Below, piece after piece: positions 58,510 through 64,000 of a stretch of DNA of 64,000 nt. Under the pieces are notes generated by a model that had not been told where the DNA came from, searched no databases, and worked only from the letters and a program-made list of their open reading frames with translations. The translations under genes were made by a program, and so were the position numbers. How positions within the stretch are numbered: the first letter of the stretch is position 1; every line of letters starts with the position of its first letter. The stretch covers positions 886,647 through 950,646 of the forward strand of contig CAXXFV010000023.1 in the NCBI GenBank assembly GCA_963674595.2. Reading direction: 5' to 3'. Source of the DNA: a bacterium (GTDB taxonomy: Bacteria > Zhuqueibacterota > Zhuqueibacteria > Residuimicrobiales > Krinioviventaceae).

Positions 58510-60519
58510 ATGACTTTTAAAAAAAAACAGAACGAACAGTTGAAAGGTTCACCCGCCCACCCAGCCGGTCAAACGGCAAAAGAAATTCTAGAAGAGCAGC
58601 TCAGTGAATCCCAGAGACGCATGTCAACCCTCCTGCAGAACCTCCCGGGAATTTCTTACAGTTGCCTGAAAGACAAGTACTGGACCATGCTTGATATCAG
58701 CGAAGGCTGTAAGGATTTGACTGGGCATGAACCTGCAGATCTCATCGGCAACAAGGTGCTGGATTATAAAAGCCTCATCCACCCTGATGACCGCCGCCAT
58801 GTAACCGAAGAAATTGAAAACGCCGTCGAAAACCAAAGAGCCTTCACTATTGAATACAGGATAACTGACAGGAATGATGTTGAAAAATGGGTGTGGGAAA
58901 AAGGCGTGGCCACGGGGATTGATGCGGAAGGCAGACAAATCCTGGAAGGATTTATAAGCGATATTTCAGCCCGGAAAAACGCGGAGAAAGCCCTGCAGGA
59001 ATCCCATGAGAGATTTCTGACGGTCCTTGACAGTATTGACGCCACGATCCATGTAATTGATATTGAAACCCATGAAATCCTGTTCATGAATAAATACATG
59101 CTCCAGTTATATGGTGAAGATTTAACCGGAAAACCCTGCTGGCAGGCGTTCAAAAACAGGAAGGAACCCTGTCCGTTCTGCAATATCCCTCAGCTTTTAG
59201 AGGGATATATCGATTCTGAAAATGTGAAAGCATGGCAGGATTGGCACCACGTTGAAGGGAGATGCTACCTATGCTACGACCGGATTATAAGATGGACAGA
59301 TCAACGCCCTGTGAAAATCCAGATCGCCACGGATATTACTGAGCTGAAAAAGCTGGAAGAGGATCTTCGCCAGGCCCACAAGATGGAGGCCATCGGCACT
59401 CTCGCCGGAGGTATTGCCCATGAATTCAATAATATCCTGGGAATAATCCTGGGAAACGCCGAACTGGCCATAGACGAAATCCCCGAATGGAGTACCGCCG
59501 GAGAATTCCTGTCAGAGGTCCGCAAGGCCAGTTTGAGGGGAAAGGATGTAGTCAAGCAGCTTTTGAGTTTCAGCCGAAAGAGCATACAGAACAAAAAGCC
59601 GACTAATATGGTGAAAATCCTCAAGGAAGCCCTGGTTCTTCTCAGGGCTTCCTTTCCGGCAACAATCCAGCTTAATGAATTGATCCCTGCCACCTGCCCT
59701 CCGGTTAAGGCGGACCAGACCCAGATAAACCAGATTCTTATAAATCTCTGCAATAATGCCTACCAGGCCATGGAAGAGGATGGCGGCATCCTTGAAATCA
59801 CCCTGGAGCATATACAACTTAAACAAAAACGAATCTTCCTGGACCAGAAGCTTGATCCGGGTGAATATGTGCGTCTCGGCGTTTCAGACACCGGCCCGGG
59901 AATACCAGAATCAATCCAGGAGCGCATCTTTGATCCCTTCTATACCACCAAGGAAGTAAACAAGGGTTCCGGCATGGGTCTTTCCGTGGTTCACGGCATA
60001 ATAAAAAACCATGATGGTTTTATTGAACTGGACAGTTCCCGGGAGCAGGGAACCAGGATCTACTGCTACTTTCCCGTGTCCGAACTCCCTCCCGTTGAAG
60101 ATGACGAAGAGATTGACAAATCAGTGGGCGGGCAAGAAACAGTTCTTTTCGTTGATGACGAAGAGTCCCTGGTAAAAGTCTGCGAACATCAGTTGGAAAG
60201 CATGGGTTACAAGGTGATCACCAAAACCGATCCTCTCGAAGCTCTCGATTATTTCAAGACCCACCAGCAGAAAATAGACCTTGTCATAAGCGACATGACT
60301 ATGCCGGGAATGACAGGAGACCAGCTGATAGGCAAAATGAAAGAGTACAAACCCGAACTCAAATCGATAATCTGTACCGGATTCAGCACTAAAATCAGGG
60401 AGAAAGAAGGCGAATTCGCCGGTGCCACCGGATATATACAGAAACCCTTTGACAAAAGAACACTGAACCAGAAAATAAGGGAAATCTTCGATTCCCGACC
60501 AGCAAATAGTCGCGGGTGA
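58510..60519 (+). CDS. Cytoplasmic PAS-PAS hybrid sensor histidine kinase / response regulator
   Basis: PAS (IHPDDR..), H-box GTLAGGIAHEFNNIL, N-box NLCNNA, DTGPG, FDPFYTTK, GSGMGL, REC (FVDDE, SDMTMP, QKP). Confidence 0.95.
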   Translation: MTFKKKQNEQLKGSPAHPAGQTAKEILEEQLSESQRRMSTLLQNLPGISYSCLKDKYWTMLDISEGCKDLTGHEPADLIGNKVLDYKSLIHPDDRRHVTEEIENAVENQRAFTIEYRITDRNDVEKWVWEKGVATGIDAEGRQILEGFISDISARKNAEKALQESHERFLTVLDSIDATIHVIDIETHEILFMNKYMLQLYGEDLTGKPCWQAFKNRKEPCPFCNIPQLLEGYIDSENVKAWQDWHHVEGRCYLCYDRIIRWTDQRPVKIQIATDITELKKLEEDLRQAHKMEAIGTLAGGIAHEFNNILGIILGNAELAIDEIPEWSTAGEFLSEVRKASLRGKDVVKQLLSFSRKSIQNKKPTNMVKILKEALVLLRASFPATIQLNELIPATCPPVKADQTQINQILINLCNNAYQAMEEDGGILEITLEHIQLKQKRIFLDQKLDPGEYVRLGVSDTGPGIPESIQERIFDPFYTTKEVNKGSGMGLSVVHGIIKNHDGFIELDSSREQGTRIYCYFPVSELPPVEDDEEIDKSVGGQETVLFVDDEESLVKVCEHQLESMGYKVITKTDPLEALDYFKTHQQKIDLVISDMTMPGMTGDQLIGKMKEYKPELKSIICTGFSTKIREKEGEFAGATGYIQKPFDKRTLNQKIREIFDSRPANSRG

Positions 60520-60606
60520 CATTAGCGCCATGACGCAATGACGCAGGCGCAATGACATCTTGTTGTCGTTGTCGTAACCGTACTACGGGCTTCAAGCCTG
60601 TAGCTC

Positions 60607-60799
60607 GTAGCTGGAGCCGCCGACCGTGGCTGGAGCTGCCAGCTCCAGTAAGGCATAGCAGTCCATAGTTACCAGCTCAATAAAAAAACCCGATAATTCA
60701 CACCGAGGGGGGTAATTCTCAGCCTTCAGCCGCAAGGCCAATCCGGAGTTACTGGAGCCGGCGGCTCCAGCCACGGCGGATCAGGAGATCCGCGCTCCC
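60607..60799. repeat. REP/REPIN-like cluster
   Basis: GTGG-CTGGAGC-TGCCA-GCTCCAG (60626-60648); inverted CTGGAGC-CGGCG-GCTCCAG-CCAC (60752-60774); partial GTAG-CTGGAGC-CGCCG (60607-60622); GCGGATC-AGGA-GATCCGC-GCTCCC (60776-60799). Confidence 0.8.
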
Positions 60800-60876
60800 G
60801 GCGAAGAATCTGTTGTTATTTGTTTTTTTTGCAACTAATCTCCTTCTCGGGCATCTTAATAAATACCCGACCAGGA

Positions 60877-63829
60877 ATGAGATTTATCAAGATGAAAAAC
60901 AACAGCTTCTTTTTGGCATTTGTCTTTATATTATTCCTTTCCCTTCTCCCTCTGCACGGAGAATGCGACTGCGCAAATGTAGCCCGCACCGGTGTCATAC
61001 AGTCAGAATGTGAAATTTTACTGACTCTCTATGGAACTATGGGAGGAGTAGACTGGTCGGAAAACCAAGGCTGGAATTCATCATCCCCGATCAATAATTG
61101 GTTAGGCGTGACCGTAGAAGATAGTCACGTTACCGAAATCATTCTTCATCACAATAGACTAACAGGATTCATCCCTCCGGAACTGGGCAACCTGGAACAC
61201 CTTCGAATCCTGGAATTGTGGGGTATGACTGAGGTAACCGGCGGTATTCCGCCGGAAATCGGGAATCTTTTCAACCTCCAGGCACTGGAACTGAGAGGCG
61301 ATTTAACTGGCGCGGTGATCCCTCCCGAACTGGGAAATCTCCTCAATCTGCAGGTTATGTATCTTAACTGCGGGCTAACAGGAGAGCTTCCGCCAGAGCT
61401 GGGTAATTTAAAAACCCTGCGGGAACTTAAATTTTATAGAAATAGTTTTAATGTCCCAATTCCTCCGGAATTAGGAAACCTTACCAGCCTCCAGAAACTG
61501 TACTTATCAAGGAACCAGTTTACCGGATCAGTCCCCCCTGAGCTGGCAAATTTGGAAAACCTCCTGGAGTTGGCCCTGGAAAACAACCAATTAACAGAGA
61601 TACCTCCAGAAATTGGGAGCCTGACAAATCTAAGGGAATTGAGCCTTCACGGCAATCAACTGCAGGAAATTCCAGGGAGTATAGGTGACCTGTCAAATCT
61701 ATGTAAATTGGGACTCGGATACAACCAGCTTAGAGAACTTCCCTCAAATTTTTTTAACTTGGACAATTTATATTATCTATACCTGTATGGGAATGAATTC
61801 AGCGGTGAGATCCCAGCTGAATTTGGACAACTGTTAAATCTGAGAACACTTAATCTCAGCGGAAATCATTTTTCCGGTCAAATACCTCCCGAGATTGGGA
61901 ATTTGCGCAATCTGGAACTGTTGTATATCAACGGAAATAAATTGATTGGACCCATCCCCCAGGAGATAACCAAGATACCGGATCTTGGAGGATATGGGGC
62001 TTTAGCAGTTCATTATGCGGAAGCAGACTACAACGCCCTGTTTACTGATGATCCAGATATTCAGGATTTCATGCAAGTCAGTTTCCCCGGTTGGAGTCTG
62101 AGGCAAACTGTCTGTCCCCTCAATATCGGATTGGAAATTCCGGATCATCTGTTCCCGACCGGGACTGCCCCAGGTGAGACTTCCTCGGGCGGCAGTAACC
62201 TGGTCAAATTGACCTGGGATCCAATTATTTTCCAGGATTTCGATGGCGGCTATGAAGTCTGCCTTAAGGAATCCGCAGAAGGATCATGCCTGCAGGGCGC
62301 TGGGATAACCGGATACAAGAGTGAATCATCCCTGGTTATCTCAAACCTTAAGCCGGGCACTGAGTATTTTTTTGAAATCGTAAGCAAGACTTATCCGATG
62401 GAAAACAAGAATCCTAATACTGTAACCAGCACCCCTTCCGACACCTATAGCATCACCACCGGCAGGACGGCAGTAACCGCTTTTCCTCTTTGGAAAATGG
62501 AATCAGGAAATTTTATCGGGATGGCGTTTTCAAATTACGGAAATGAACATGCCGATTTTGTCCTGACTGCCTATGACGAAAACGGACTGATCCAGTCCGT
62601 GCCCCAGAATCCATCCCTGTTTTCAGTAGACGGCGGCAGCCAGTTCGCCCGGATCGGGACTGAAATGTTCGGGATAACTCCTGATATTCCGAAAAAACTT
62701 TCCTGGATAGAAGCGACTTCGGACCAGCTGGCCGGAAGCTTCTTCACCTTCGGCTCCACCGACCTGCGGATGCTGGACGGAGCCGTGACCCAGAGCCGGC
62801 CCTCCCGGCATCTCTGGTTCTCCCGTCCCCTGCCGGCAGGAATTCCGGCTGACCCGGAAGAACCGGTTGAGATTTACTTCTCCCTGGTGAATCCGATGGA
62901 CGCGGAGGCCGAACTGACCATCTCCCTGGTTCGAGACAATGAAACCATCCGCGAAGCCGAGAGTACCATCGCCGCCAAAGGCATGCTTTACTTCACTCCG
63001 GAAGAGCTCTTCGGCACCCAGGCCCTTCCAGAAGATGGCTTCATTGAGGTCAAGGTCACTGAAGGAACCGGCGTCATCGGCTTCTCCCGGGTAGTCTTTC
63101 CGGAAACAAAAACCACCCTGGGACTGAACGCGGCCGAACCTTCCAGCGCGGAAAACCTCTATTCAGCCCAGCTGGCCAGCGGACCTGCCGCCGGTACCAC
63201 CGGAATGGAAACCCATATCCGCCTGGTGAACTCGATGTATGAGGACCGGGAAGCCACCTTCACCGCTGTAGCCGAGGACGGAGCCCTGCTGGCCGATCCT
63301 GTTACCAGGACAATGGAAGCGCGGACTGCTGCCGGTTTCCGGGCCAGTGAACTTTTCGATTTCCCGACCGACGCGTCCATTGGTTCCCTGGTGGTCGAAC
63401 TGGATGCCGGGGGAGTTATCGGCGACGTGGTCTTCACTCCCTGGAGCGGGGTCGAATACGCCGCGGCCATGCCCCTGCAAGCCCGTCCGGTGACTGAAGC
63501 GGTCTTCAACCATATTGCCAACTCTGATGAGATCTACAACCGGTTTGGCCTTTTTCAATCCCGGAGAAGAAGAGAACGAAATCGCCATCGAAGCCCGCAA
63601 CGCGGCTGGAGTCATCACCGGGACCAGGGTGATTTCCCTGGGCCCGGGAGAGAGGATATCAAGGACGCTCAAGGATCCGGACATGCTTCCGGGAACCGCT
63701 TCCCAGTTGAACGGATTCATCAGTATCCTGGCCACCAAACCGGTTGTCTGCCAGCAGCTTTACGGCGGAACCGCCCTCCAGTTCCTGGCTGCTGTCCCGC
63801 CCACCACCGGCTGGGGTGAGATGTTTTAG
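60877..63829 (+). CDS. Exported leucine-rich repeat protein (plant-RLK-like LRRs) + FN3-like + C-terminal beta-sandwich domains; 1-nt frameshift near 63538
   Basis: Signal peptide; LRR N-cap (LYGTMGGVDW...WLGVTV); about 12 IPPELGNLxxLxxLxL repeats; ISNLKPGTEY FN3 motif; removing one A gives ...DEIYTGLAFFNPG... in frame to the stop at 63829. Confidence 0.85.
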
Positions 63830-63836
63830 ATTCATC

Positions 63837-63988
63837 GTGGCATAAGCTGCCAGCTTATGCTCCGGAAGCCTCCGGGTTGTTGTCTGGCGTTGCTGGAGCG
63901 GGCCACTCCAGCTACTATCCGTTGTCGATTCTTGTGGGTACCCTCGGTGCCGTTGATTGAAATGCCGATCTGGAGATCGGCGATCCAC
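63837..63988. repeat. Second REP-like cluster
   Basis: GTGG-CATAAGC-TGCCA-GCTTATG (63837-63859); inverted CTGGAG-CGGGCCA-CTCCAG-CTAC (63893-63915); GCCGATC-TGGA-GATCGGC-GATCCAC (63964-63988). Confidence 0.75.
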
Positions 63989-64000
63989 AAAGGCCGCGTC

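Noticed and set aside
63540-63819. Arg-rich C-terminal tail of the 999-aa LRR ORF
   Set aside because: Out-of-frame translation after the 63538 indel; the real C-terminus is in the 63515-63829 frame

Overview
Gene-dense bacterial window of moderate GC with no rRNA, tRNA or CRISPR array visible. Its gene repertoire resembles an anaerobic or sediment Acidobacteriota-like genome, which is an inference only. It holds about 45 CDS: Tat-exported Gfo/Idh/MocA oxidoreductases, a phosphotriesterase-like hydrolase, a sulfatase, peptidases, scattered glycan-modification genes (two WbqC, formyltransferase, CapK/PaaK-like ligase, asparagine-synthetase-like amidotransferase, two radical SAM/SPASM, multidomain methyl/sulfo/glycosyl-transferases), a membrane-anchored reductive-dehalogenase-like protein, rubrerythrin, a PAS hybrid kinase and an LRR surface protein. 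Main hunting results: (1) a three-gene operon of DUF885 peptidase-like gene, ATP-grasp ligase and SAM methyltransferase, in which the ligase appears circularly permuted relative to the usual CP-ATP-grasp-2 order; (2) the same ~50-aa CxxC...HGICPxC module ending three different membrane sensor proteins where a kinase or GGDEF domain would be expected; (3) two near-identical inverted IS200-type Y1 transposase copies bracketed by GNA-triloop hairpin repeats inside a mosaic of repeated intergenic blocks, one copy with a broken HUH motif; (4) GTGG/GTAG REP pairs. Three single-base frameshifts fall in short homopolymers and may be sequencing errors. All family calls come from motif recognition by eye, not database searches.
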